Origin: Phoronis australis | Lineage: Eukaryota > Animalia > Phoronida | DNA: 46,205 bases | Assembly: GCA_002633005.1 (NCBI GenBank) | Contig: NMRA01000579.1 | Span: 219,120-265,324 of the forward strand | Direction: 5' to 3' | Part shown: positions 32,165-44,806 of the stretch, piece by piece | Layout: each line of letters begins with the position of its first letter | Numbering within the stretch: the first letter of the stretch is position 1 | Made by a program: the position numbers and the translations under genes | The notes under the pieces: generated by a model | The model's input: the letters and a program-made list of their open reading frames with translations, nothing else | The model's database searches: none | Told to the model about the DNA's origin: nothing

Positions 32165-33970
32165 TTCACGACAACCACCCGAAGTAGTTTGGCTGATGGG
32201 CGAGGAATTCATGGTCATAACCGCTAATTCTGTCATCATGTTGGGGAATTCCAGATCGTTCTGGTTGATCACTGTGCTGCGTACTGTGCCATCCGCATAT
32301 CAATGTGCATGTATCAGCCAATGTCCATACTTCGAAGATTGCTGTCTAATCTCTGAGTATCGACTGTTCGTGCGTTGATGCCTCGGATCAACTGGTCGCA
32401 CGTCAACCGTCCACTTCCCGAGGAATATCCATACATTGAAGATCGCCATCTGCTGTCTGCATATCGAACATTCACGTATCAAAGGAGCATCCAGATAGCG
32501 AGGATTGGCATCTTCTGGCCACAAACTGATTGTTCACGCATCAATTTTTGCCATCGGCTGTTCACATATCGATTGTCCACTCATTGAGTAGCATTCCTAC
32601 ATCAGGGATTGTCATCTGCTGTTTGCATGTCAACCATTCACACATAGAGGAATGTCCACATATCCAGGATTGCCATCAACTGTTCGTGTATCGGCTACCC
32701 ACACATTGTGGAACTTCCATACATTCGAGGATTGCCCTCTACTGTCCGTATGTTGACCATCCACATATCGAGAAATGTTCATGTATTGAGGATCGCCGTC
32801 TTCTGTACACTTGTTAACCATCCACACATCGAGAAATGTCCACTCATTGAGGATGACCATCTACTGTCCACAAACCACCTGTTCATGCAACGATGTCTGC
32901 CATCAGCCATCAGCATTTTAATCTTCTTCACATCAAGGAATGTTCACACATCTAGGATCTTCATCTCCCATCCTCCCACTGACCATGTTTCCGTTGATGC
33001 TTGCCCTTGATTGTATGCATCTTGACTATCCCCCCACCGGGATAGCCAATATGCATACGGTCAATGGACTGTACGTATAATGACTGTCCCGGTGGGGGGA
33101 CAGTCACTATGCATACAGTGGATGGCAGGCATCAGTGGACACATGATCGGTAAGTGGATGGTAGTTGACGATTCCAGCTGTGTGAATGTTCCATGATGTG
33201 TGGAAGGTTGTTTTGCGGATGGCCGATGGTAGATGTTGTTGTGGGAACAGTTGTTTTGTGGCCAGTAGATGGTGAACCTTGATGAGTGGATGTTTATCGG
33301 TGTGAGGGTGGTTGATATGTGTACGGAAGATGTTGATCCTCGATGCATGGACATTTCTTGGTATGGGGAAGGTTGACATATAGATAGTAGATGTTAATGC
33401 TTGAGTGAATGGACGTTCCACAATATGTGGGCTGTCGATATGCGAACAGTTGAAGGTAGTCTTGGATATGGGATGTTCCACTGTGTGTGGATGGTTGACA
33501 TGTGTACAGCAGATGACAAATCCTTGATGTTAGGATGTTTCTTGGTGTTTGGAAGATCGTAATGCGAACAGTTGATGGCAGACGTTGATGTGCAAACAGT
33601 TGGTTTCTGGACAGAAGATGACAATCCTCGATGTGTGGATGCAGTCCTTGATATGTGAATGATCGGTGTGTAGGTGTTAGATGGTGAACCTTGATGCATG
33701 GATGTTCCTCGATGTGTGAACGGTTGACATGTGAACAGTTGATATCAGGTGTCGATGTGCGAACAGTCTTTATTTGGAGATTAGATGGAAGGCTTTGATG
33801 TATGGACATTCTTTGATGCCTGTGCAGTTGATATTAGGGATCGCATAATACACAGCAAAGGGATCAGATGAATTGATCGAGAATTCACCAATAAGATGGC
33901 CGAATTAGCTCTAAGTGAACAGGACTTCCTGCTGATTCAGTCTCAGTACTTCTGATGGGTATGTCATGAA
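32165..33970. repeat. ~1.8-kb imperfect palindrome (foldback) centred at 33064/33065, with arms built from ~61-bp tandem units
   Basis: gctaattc at 32223 pairs with gaattagc at 33902. gactatccccccaccgggatagcca pairs with tgactgtcccggtgggggacagtc. The centre is gtcaatggac. The unit anchor ccat(t/c)caca occurs at 32634, 32757 and 32818. Confidence 0.85.
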
Positions 33971-35224
33971 ATGTAAATATGTTTAACATCCATGTATCGA
34001 GAAATATCTGAAGTATTGTTTGTGCATAGATGGTCGTGCACCATGGTTGTTTGAAAAAATGATGAGGTCACAGTCAAATTGACAGTTTGGTTAAATAACC
34101 AACCCCGATTCTCTCAAAAATTCTGTTTAGGTATTGAATCATGGCTTAACTTGCATGTCAGCCTGTTGGGTACAGGTCTCGTAGTTAATTGGTTATTATT
34201 ACTGATGTTCCTTTCAGCATGATGCCCTATGGTAGTGTCGTCTGCTTACCGTCCGTGTAACCTGGATCACCGTCTGCACTTATACTTATGCAAGTGTTCA
34301 TGAGTTTCAAGACCATTGTGAGCTGTGTTTTGACAATGTCGTTGTTGTATAAAAAAGAACTGAAAGTATTCAAGGTACCAATCCCTAGTTTCAGCCATTC
34401 ACTCTAGTAAAGAGGACGATGGGATTACGGATGGCTCTGTCGACAACCTGACTTCCAGCATCAGCGCCTATGATTGACAGCTATCGATGGGCAAGGTAAT
34501 ACAAATGTGTGAGGGCATGTTAAGAATGAGTGTGCTGAGGCATGAATGTGATGATGACGACAACAATGGCGTTTGTTAGTGTGTGCATTATGACATTATG
34601 GCATTCTCCCGTTCAATGACTTTCCCAGACGTAGAGGATTTTGAGCATGTGATAACATCTAGCTCCTTTGTTAGTTTGCGGGCACAGTTTTTTGTCTGGT
34701 ATGACAACTAACAGGCAGGCCATTTATCTACCAGACTTATTACTGACCAGGTGGGAACACAGTCAAACCCAGAGCGAATTGGTTCATTCGGAAAGAATAG
34801 ATTGTCGTAACTTCGGCTGTAGTTGGGTGTTTTTGGCGACTAAAAAAAAAATAAACATGATCAGCATTTGACGAGGAATTCAGAAATGCTATTGGTTTAT
34901 GTTCAAAGTTAACTTATTTTTAACAGCATAGCCCAGTCAGGCTTATTGGAGATTAGAGCAATTATCGAACAAAATAGAGCTGGCTTAATTCCAACCATGA
35001 ATGCCAGAATGGAGTTGGCTACAGGGATCATATTCCCAACTTCTTGTTGGGCTATAGAATCGAACAAGTTGGGATCAACCGGAAAACTCCATAATGAGTT
35101 TTTTGCATGAGGCTGGAGGAAATGGGGATGTTGAGCTGTAGAGTGTGAACTATGACGAGAATGTCACCTGGGTGTCTTGGTTTAGTAAAGACCAGGGAAA
35201 TAATGTGGAGTATTGGACTTATTA

Positions 35225-35360
35225 ACCGGATATAGTCCTCCCCATGAATAGGGTAAAACTTTCCTGTCAAGTTTTTCTCGACAGGATGTCAATCGAGTTA
35301 AACGGGTAAAGTCTTCCCCCATGAAAAGGGGAAACTTTCGTTGAGTTTTTTCAACAGAGG
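35225..35360 (+). repeat. Two-copy ~76-bp tandem repeat
   Basis: gtcctcccatgaatagggtaaaactttcc..agtttttctcgacagga and gtcttcccccatgaaaaggggaaactttcg..agttttttcaacagagga. Confidence 0.6.
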
Positions 35361-35479
35361 ATATTATTTGAGTTGAGATTATTATGATTGCTACTGAACT
35401 GAAGAAACAGCGGGGCATTAAACTCAGAGTTGCTAACTGGGTTAGTCTTGCGTGGAGCCTTGATGACAATTTGCTAAGT

Positions 35480-38060
35480 GTCAGTGGTTAATGAATCCGT
35501 AACGTGTGAAATATTAATGGTGAAATGGTACGAAACTGACTACGAAATGCTACGACTAAATTGAAACCGTTGAGTGATGAAGCTAAATGCGAAAAATAAA
35601 TGAGCCCAAAACATGCGAAACTTACTGAACCAATAAAGTGCGAGGTAATGACTAAAACCTGTAAATCAAACAAAACTATGAAATATGAAAAATTGATGGA
35701 CTAATGAAATGGGAAACTTAAATGAATGCGTAAAGTATCACAAGACTTAGAGGGTATGAGGAACCAAAATGAACTTGTAAAAGGAGAGGGTGGCATATAA
35801 AGACACCCGCTTTCAGGTAAAAACCCAATTGAAAAAGCATGAACCCCTAAAATGTTGAGTATGGTGAATAAAATGGGAGAAATAATGAATCCACAGAATG
35901 TGAGAATTTATGAATGAATGAAATGCGACTCAAAGAAATCTGTGGTTGCCCAAATTAAACACAACCGATAAATCCGTAAAATGCTATGACGTAATGAAAC
36001 CGTTTAGTGCAAAGAAAAATGAACAAGTTGAGTATACAAATACTCATATGCTGGTAAGAACCAACTAATACAAGAAAATTGTCAATTAATCTGTAAAATG
36101 TGCTAACTAATGAACCTGTCAAATGCAATGAGTGACTGATTGCGAACCCCTTAAATCATTTAAAGAAGCTGTTAAAATGTGAAAAGTTATGCAGTGAAAT
36201 GCGACAATTGAATGAATCGGTGAAATGATTTGAATTAATGAATACATAAATTGTGACAATTGAAAAAGCATGAACCTGTAAAATGTTACGTCTAAACAAA
36301 CTTGTTAAGTGTAACAAATAAAATGGAAGAAATAACTGGGAAACTTTATGAATGAATGAAATATGAATACAAGTGAAAAATTGTCCCCGTCAAAATCTTC
36401 TTAGGAGGAGATGAAAGCAAAAAGATGGGCTGATGACAATTCTCTAAATGCGACTGGTTAATGAATTTGTTACGCGTGACAAATTTATGAATTGTGTAAA
36501 GTGCAAAAACTAATAAAATGAGAACATTCACGAAACCATGATAGGCACTGAAGAATTCAAGTTTGCAAAAGGTACACAGTAAAAAGCCGTCAGTCGAGTA
36601 CAGTAGATATGATGTGAATCCATTAGCTGTCATGAAACGAGTGAAGTAATGCATGAACTTGTTATAAGAAGCCACGAAGAAATAAACTAGTAGAGATGAA
36701 ATAATGGTGAACAAGTAAAGTGAGAGAAATATATGAACCTGTCAAATGTAGTGATTGAGTGAGATCTTTTAATTGCTACACTGACACTGAAAACAGGAAA
36801 ATAAATGGCTTCATGATGTTAACAAATGGTCAAATTTAACAACTACTAAATGAAGCCATTGCATATGATGAAGCTAAAGGTCAAAATAAGCGAGTGAACC
36901 CCATATGATGTGGAAATTAACGAATCAATAAAGGACAAGTTAATGGCAAAAACTAGTGTATATCAAACAAAACCATAAAATGTGAAAAGTTAACGGAGCA
37001 ATGAAATGGGAGACATATATGAATTTGTCAAATTTCAAACACAAACAAACCCTAAGGTGTGATGTGTATGAGTGTAAAATGCGATAAGGGGCACAAAGAT
37101 ACTCATATGCTGGTAGAAACCAGCTAATATAAGGAAAACAATTTAACCTGTAACATGTGCAAACTAATGAACCTATCAAATGCAATGAGTGCGTGATTGC
37201 AAACCCCTTAAATCATTTTATGAAAGAATCTGTGAAATTGTGAAAAAGTTATTTACTTGTTAAATGCGATAGTTGAACAAACCAGTGAAATGGACTGAAT
37301 GTAATTGAATCACATGATGTGAAACTTCATGGCTGAGCAAACTACGAATAAGTAAAATACAACATAAAGAAATCTGTAGTGGTCGGACTGATGAATCCGA
37401 AAAATGGTATGACTAAAAAAGCTGTTGAGTGTGGTGAAGTAAGATATGAGAAATGAATAGAGGAAATACCAGTGCATATTCAAACATCTTGCTAACTGGG
37501 TTAAAGTCTTCCCTGTTGCAAGGTTAAAGAGAAATTCTTTATCTCAAGGAAATTCGAGGAGATGAAAGCAAACAAAGTGGGTTGGAAAATCAACTGGTTA
37601 ATGAATTTGTAACACGTTACCAATTGATAAAGTGTAAAAGTGCAAAAATGGGACGATCTTATAATGAAATGAGAAAATTAACAAAACCATAATAAACACT
37701 GAAAAAAATGCGAAATTTGTGTAAAATGATTGCTAAAAAGCAAAAAGTAGAGTACTGTACTGTGGATAAATGAATGGATTAATTGCTAAAAGGTCATGAA
37801 GCGGGTATTCTGTGAGGAACAAGAAATTCTGCAAAAAGTTGTCAATTATTGAATTACTGTCACAAAGCAATTATCCCATCAAAATGAAACGGCAAAATGT
37901 GATGGACATAGTGAACACACCAAAAGCATGACAAATACACGTACCTGCAAAATGTAATTAGTGATGTACAAGGGCACCAATATGCTGGTAAAAACCAGCT
38001 CATATAAGAAAATTTTGTCAAGCTAATGAAACTTCAAATGCAATGAGTGAATGATTATGT
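35480..38060 (+). repeat. Old degenerate ~25-bp minisatellite field with secondary ~1-kb duplications
   Basis: Recurring aaatg(t/c)gaaaa..aatgaacc motifs. Block tatgctggta..aacca.ct.ata.aag occurs at ~36047, ~37105 and ~37981. Block ggagatgaaagcaaa occurs at ~36406 and ~37558. Confidence 0.6.
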
Positions 38061-39680
38061 AAATAGAGTCCTGCAGCATGACTGTGATTGACCAACAAAT
38101 ATGCATTGAGGAATTATTTAATAATAGAACAGTCATCTGATCAGCTATATCTGGAATACATGAAAATAATAACTCGATGAGAGAAAAGTTATGCAAATGG
38201 TAGATAGTGCTTGACGAGATCTATTGTCGACATGCCAAATTCAGGTAAATACTATTGAGGAATGCCGGAAATCAATAAACGAAGCAAGGCTCCGTGAAAA
38301 ATCCCAAGAACTGAAAGCCTTAACAAAAAGCGACTAGTGAAATGCAGGTGGCACTTGATGCGATCTATTCACACACTGAATTTCAAAAAAATCCCCATGT
38401 TTCCGTAAAGCAGCAAACTGAGAAATAGATGCCACTGCACTGTCTTGTGTCACTAAAACACTGGGCCTTGAGCTACTACAGAAACCTTGAGTGTGAATTT
38501 CATGTCAATCTAGGTGAAAAAGGTGACCTGTATCACCAGTGTCATAGCAACATAGGTGCAGAAAGGAACTGGTCAATAACAGAGCAGTCATCTGAATCTT
38601 GAGTATCTCAATATCGGTATGTTAGAACAAGAATTAAAACCAATGCTGTAACGTATATACTGCTTCATGAGATCCAGCTGTCTGCCTAACTTCACAAAAA
38701 TACAGCAATGCCACAACTTGGCAAAGTGAAATATCAAAAAATTGCCATCACAGGCCATCTTGAGTCTGATTCCAACCAAAAACAGTTGAGCTTGAGCTAA
38801 GAACAAGATGTATGTCAACTGGATAAGAAATGTGGCCTTTTGCATGACAGTAGTACGATGGTGCAACAAAAGTACATTGAAGGCTCTGTCAATAAAAGAA
38901 CAATCATCTAATGATAATAGCAAATTTGAGTTAGGAGTGTAAGATGCAATACTTGACAAAATTATCTACATATTAATCATTTTCAGAAAGATCCATCGAG
39001 GGATGCCAGAGAAACGGCATGAAAAGCCAGTCAGTTAGACAGCCGTCCCCAAAAAATCTTGTGAATAACGCGAGATCTGTTAGTTGTTGCAAAAACTAGA
39101 TACCGTATTTATGATTGTCTGTTCTTGAAGAGATCCATCCACAAACCAACTTTCAGAAAAATCTCTCCCATTGATGATGGAGCTGTAACTTCACCAATCA
39201 AAATATCCAAAGCAATTGGCCTTGAACTGTGAATGAGACGGTTTTGTGTAATTACATGTTGAGCGGATAAGAAATGCTGCCTGTATCATGTCCTCATGCT
39301 CACATTAATATCTAATTTATGTTTGGCATATGTGCCGTAAAGAACATAGACCAGCGAAGCTCTGGTACCAGAAATAAATAGGATAGTTGGAGTTGGAAAA
39401 ATGTCCTTTTTATGACGCAACAGTGAAAATAAAGCAACATACAGTTTGTGAAAAGAAGAGCATAGAAAAATTATCAACAACAGATGTCTGAGACATTGCA
39501 GGCTCATCCGAGAGTAATCAGGAAATCAAGGCTTGTTGACTAGCTCACCGCACTAGTACATGTATAGTCGTAGTGAACGTTGTTAGTCTGAATAGTAATT
39601 TACATGTCAGTGTCTATTGAACGGCTGCATGTCAACCCTGAACCTGTTTATTATAGTTGCTTTGACCTCTGTCAGGATTT

Positions 39681-42600
39681 TTAACGCTCCCAGAGAATGA
39701 ACGGAAATTTAAATGGTAGAATGAATCGTGGAGTGAAGAAATAGTGCATCAATGTCGTCGCTTTCCATGAAGTATGACAATTGAATGAGTCTGTAGAGTG
39801 TCATGAAATGAACAGAGAAATAAATAACCTGTAAAATTCCAGAAATAAGGAAGTGGAACTTAGCGAACTAATGAACCCCTAATCTGCCATGATAAAGACC
39901 CCATGATATGCAAACAAATCAATGGGGTCCTGAAGTACCGGCAAGTGAATGAAATATAGGGAAAGTCTTTGAATTCATGAATCTTCAAAATTTGTTGAAT
40001 GAACAAATCTATGAGCAGTAATCGAATAATCTCTGCGTGGAAAGGAACTATAAAGGGAATATATTTATTTAATTGGATGTTGTGAAGTGTGATGAAATGA
40101 CAATACATTAAAAGTTGAGAAATTGTTAGTTGTGTGTAAAGCCACGAATTAAGCATTCATGCAACAGTACAACAATATCTGGTGAATTGATGAGTCTTCA
40201 AAATATCACAAATCAACAATGAAATGGTACAAAACAAAGGCTTAGTACAAAATGCAGTATCACGAGTTAATGTGAGATGTGAGTCCTAGTCAAATGTGTC
40301 ATGCCAATAATGCTAAAGACGAATGGAATTAAAAATAAGAACATCTGATTGAACCCATCAAATGCATTGTATTATTGAATCCTGAAAACTTCCAGGATGA
40401 AAAATTTTGAGAAAAGTAATGAATTAATACAGCTAGAATATGTTACATAGAAAGTAAATTGAAAGTACATTAAATAAACAAGTGAAAAAAGGAAGGTAGG
40501 GATGGTGAATGAACTGGGTAAAACAAATTGAATAGCTAGCTGACTTTAAATTCAACCCTAGGGAACAAGTTGATCAAACATGGCTATCAAAGCCTTCTNA
40601 ACATTTCAAGTGGTAAAGAATCCATGAAATGCGGCAACTAACTGGGGTCTTGAAATACAAGATGTGGACGAAACTCAAATTCCATCAATTAATGAATTTT
40701 CAAATGCAGTAATAAATTAAGCCCTGTGTAAAATGCAACTATCAAAGGAATGCATTTAATGATGAACCATTAAAAGGTGATAAATTATTAGTTTGTGAAA
40801 AGAAATCGCGGAGCACGGAACTAATTAACGATCCCGAAAAATATCACAAACATAAAGCTGTTGTAGCATAATGACAGAACCCATAAAATGAACTATCTCA
40901 ATTGTGTGAGGAAGCAAAATTCTAACTACAAGTGAATCTATGAAATGTAAAAAAACAATGGACTCCTGAAATATGAAATACAAGTAAAACGCGAGGGTAA
41001 CCGTGAATAATGAGGTAAACCAAAGTCCCTACGTTGTACTACCGGTAGTTCAAGAAACATGACAAGTATAAAAGGTAAATGGAGATCTTGTCACAAATTG
41101 TGAAAATTGAATGAGCCCATAAAAAAGACTTTACATGCAGGTCATAGTATCATGTAGCCTAAACATCACAAAGCGTGTACTTTACTTGTGTACACAATTG
41201 GTTATCAGGGTGGTCTTAACACTCCAAGAGTATGAATGGAAATTTAAATGATAGAATGAATCATGGAGTGAAGACATAGTGCATCAATGTCGTCGCATTC
41301 CACGAAGTATGACAATTGAATGAGTCTGTAGAGTGTCATGAAACGAACAGAGAAATAAATAACCTGTAAAATTTCAGAAATAAGGAAGTGGAACTTGGTG
41401 AACTAATGAATCCCTAATCTGCCATGATATAGAACCCATGATAGGCAAACAAATCAATGGGGTCCTGAAGTATCGGCAAGTGAATGAAATATAGGGAAAG
41501 TCTTTGAATTCATGAATCTTCAAAATTTGTTGAATGAACAAATCTATGAGCAGTAATCGAATACTCTCTGCGTGGAATGGAACTATTAAGGGAATATATT
41601 TATTTAACTGGATGTGGTGAAGTGTGATGAAATGACAATCCATTAAAACGGGAGAAATTGTTAGTTGTGTGTAAAGCCACGAATTAAGCATTCATGCAAC
41701 AGTACAACAACATCTGGTGAATTGATGATTCTTCAAAATATCAGAAATCAACAATGAAATGGTACAGTAAAATAAACAAAGGCTTAGTACAAAATGCACA
41801 ATCCCGAGTTAATGTGAGATTATGGTAATCAAAAGTCCCAGTCAAATGTGTCATGCCAATGCTAAATATGTCTGGAATTAAAAATATGGACGTCTGATTG
41901 AACCCATCAAATACATTGACTAATTGAATCCTGAAAACGTCCAGAATGAACAATTTCGAGAAAGGTAACGAATGTTACATAGAAAGTAAATTGAAAGTAC
42001 ATTAAATAAACAAGTGAAAAAAGGAAGGTAGGGATGGTGAATGAGCTGAGGTCAACAAACTGAATAGCTAGCTGACTTTAAATTCAGCCCAAGGGAACAA
42101 GTTGATCAAACATGGCTATCAAAGCCTTCTTTACATCAGTATTTTTCAAAGTAACTGACAGACACAGCTCTGGCTAAAACAAAAGTTTGTTCACCATCCT
42201 GAGGCTTAAGGGCAATGCAGCATTTTTTCAATATTCAACATTCACTTATTGCATTCTGCTTGAAGAAGTCATCTGTTAGGATTTGATTCGGTTTACAGTT
42301 ATTTTATGCTGCATCAAGTGGTGGTTCCTTTTTTCACAAACTGTAAAATTATAGAATTATTGTTAGTACGTACTATTTTTAATTAATTATAATTTAATTA
42401 TTGTTGATAATCAAACGTGTCATGCTGATATTAAAGGTTAATGGAATTAAAGACAGGGACACCTGATTGAACCCATTAAATGCACTGAGTTACTGAATAC
42501 TGAAAACTTCCAGAATGAAGGATTTCATGAACAGTGTCACATTTTTCTCCGTGTGTGGGTGGGCGCAGGTTGTTACAGACCAGTGCTAATAGCTTTCGGT

Positions 42601-44806
42601 GTGAAGATTGACTGAAGACTGGTTCGAGTTAATCCTTTATTAATCCCGACCGTACATTCACAAGCCTACTCAAACAAAACGTCCGACGTAATGTCTGTTT
42701 ATGCTCCAGCCATTGCTGCGAAGCCTTGACTTGTGATGAACTTTGAGATACTTCCAGCAACTGTTACACTCATTGGTTCAATAACCTGCTGTCTCTATAG
42801 CTGGCTCCCTATTGACCATCGCTGTAACTGCTGATTCTCTTCACTGCAACTCAACTGTAGTTCTCATGATTAAGTTTCTTGAACTTACATGATCTTCTCT
42901 TGATCTCCCGACTTGATCTTCTTGGACTCAACTGACTAACTCAAACCCGTGCTTGTGTATTTATAGCCTAATGCATTGTTCTAGAACTTTTCATCAATTC
43001 AAGCACATGCCAGAACTTTCTGGAACCTACCCAATCATTCTACAAACATGTACTAGTCTCTAGAATATTCCAGACTGCATTAATCACTGTCATGCTAGTC
43101 TTCTAGAAAGTTCCACACTATACTGCAGTAAACAAATTACATCATCACTATTCTGACCTCAGTCTTCTAGAAAGTTCCACACTATTTTGTAGTAAACAAA
43201 TTACATCATCACTGTACTTAACTCAGGGGTCATGCCAATCAAACGGAATAACAAAGCAAAACAATGCAACTAAAAATACTGTCAGACTATATTCTGACAA
43301 ACAGTTACAAATTAATACTGCTGTTGTACTAGTTCAAGAAATATGACAAGTATAAAAGGTAAATGGAGATCATGTCACAAATTGTGAAACTTGAATGAGC
43401 CCATAAAAAGACTTTAAATGCAGCTCATAGTATCATGCAGCCTGAGCATCACAAAGGGTGTACTTGACTTGTGTACACTATTGGTTTTCAGGATGCTCTT
43501 AACACTCCCAGAGTATGAACAGAAATTTAAATGGTAGAATGAATCATGGAGTGAAGAAATAGTGCATTTAGTGTCGTCGCATTCCATCAACTATGACAAT
43601 TGAATGAGTCTGTAGAGTGTCATAAAATGAACAGAGAAAAAATAACCTGTAAAATTTCAAAAATAAGGAAGTGTGGTAAAGAACTCTTGATGTGCAAAAA
43701 ATCAGTGGTGTACAGGTAAGAGAATGAAATTGTGAAATTTCTTTGAATTAATGAATCTTCAAGATGTGTTGAATGAACTAATTTTTTTTTATTTAAATGC
43801 TAAAATAATTAAAAGGTTAGTTTAAAGTGTGAAAACCAATAAGCACCTGACATATCACGTGGGAAATAGATTGTTGCTAGTCAAAACGTGTCACGCCAAA
43901 GTTAACGGTTAATGAAATTAAAAATGGGGACAACTGATTGAACCCATCAAATGCGTTGAATTATTGAATCCTGAAAATTTCCAGAATGAACAATTTCGAG
44001 AAAGGTAACGAATGTTACATAGAAAGTAAATTGAAAGTACATTAAATAAACAAGTGAAAAAGGGAAGGTAGGGATGGTGAATGAGCTGAGGCCAACAAAT
44101 TGAATAGCTAGCTGACTTTAAATTCAGCCCAAGGGAACAAGTTGATCAAACATGGCCATCAAAGCCTTCTTTACATCAGTATTTTTCAAAGTAACTGACA
44201 TCCACAGCTCTGGCTAAAACTAAAGTTCGTTCACCATCCTGAGGCTTAAGGGCAATGCAGCATTTTTTCAATATTCAACATTCACTTATTGCATTCTGCT
44301 TGAAGAAGTCATCTGTTAGCATTTGATTCGGTTTACAGTTATTTTATGCTGCATCAAGTGGTGGTTCCTTTTTTCACAAACTGTAAAATTATAGAATTGT
44401 TATTACATACTATTATCGTGTTAATAGTCAAACGTGTCACGCTGATGTTAAAGGTTAATGGAATTAAAAACAGGGACAACTGATTGAACCCTTCAAATGC
44501 ACTGAATTACTGAATCCAGAAAACTTCCAGAATGAACAATTTCGTGAAAAGTAACAAATTAATACTGCTAGAGTAGGTTAAATAGATAGTAAATTGAAAG
44601 TACATTAAATAAACAAGTGAAAAAGGAAGGTAGGGATGGTGAATGAGCTGGGGCCAACAAATTGAATAGCTAGCTGACTTTAAATTCAACCCTAGGGAAC
44701 AAGTTGATCAAAGAAAGGCTATCAAAACCATAGCCTTCATTACCGCAGCATTCTTCAAAGTTACTGACTGGCTAAAGCTTAAGTTCGTTCACCATCCTGA
44801 GGCTTA
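39681..44806 (+). repeat. Three rearranged ~1.5-kb tandem units of A-rich sequence; an N at 40599 and an LTR insertion in unit 2
   Basis: Anchor ttaac.ctcc.agag.atgaa..gaaatttaaatg at 39681, 41216 and 43499; spacings are 1535 and 2283 (= 1513 + 770 for LTR plus TSD). Sub-block aaattgaaagtacattaaataaacaagtgaaaaa is present four times (~40457, ~41988, ~44028, ~44591). Confidence 0.9.
42535..43299 (-). mobile_element. Solo LTR of an LTR retrotransposon, 765 bp
   Basis: Termini TGTCA...TGACA and a perfect 5-bp TSD AACAG (42530-42534, 43300-43304). The minus strand has a TATA-like ctataaata (~42958-42966) followed by AATAAA (42636-42641). There is a 64-bp internal duplication (43097/43161). An empty paralogous site lies at ~44528-44568. 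Confidence 0.9.

Noticed and set aside
32196-33809. His/Cys-rich overlapping ORFs resembling zinc-finger repeats
   Set aside because: They occur in several frames on the C/A-rich strand of each palindrome arm. The ~61-bp unit is not a multiple of 3 and there is no C2H2 spacing.
35052-44689. Hydrophobic minus-strand ORFs that look like membrane proteins
   Set aside because: Explained by the T-rich strand of the skewed repeat field; paralogous copies do not keep the frames consistently.
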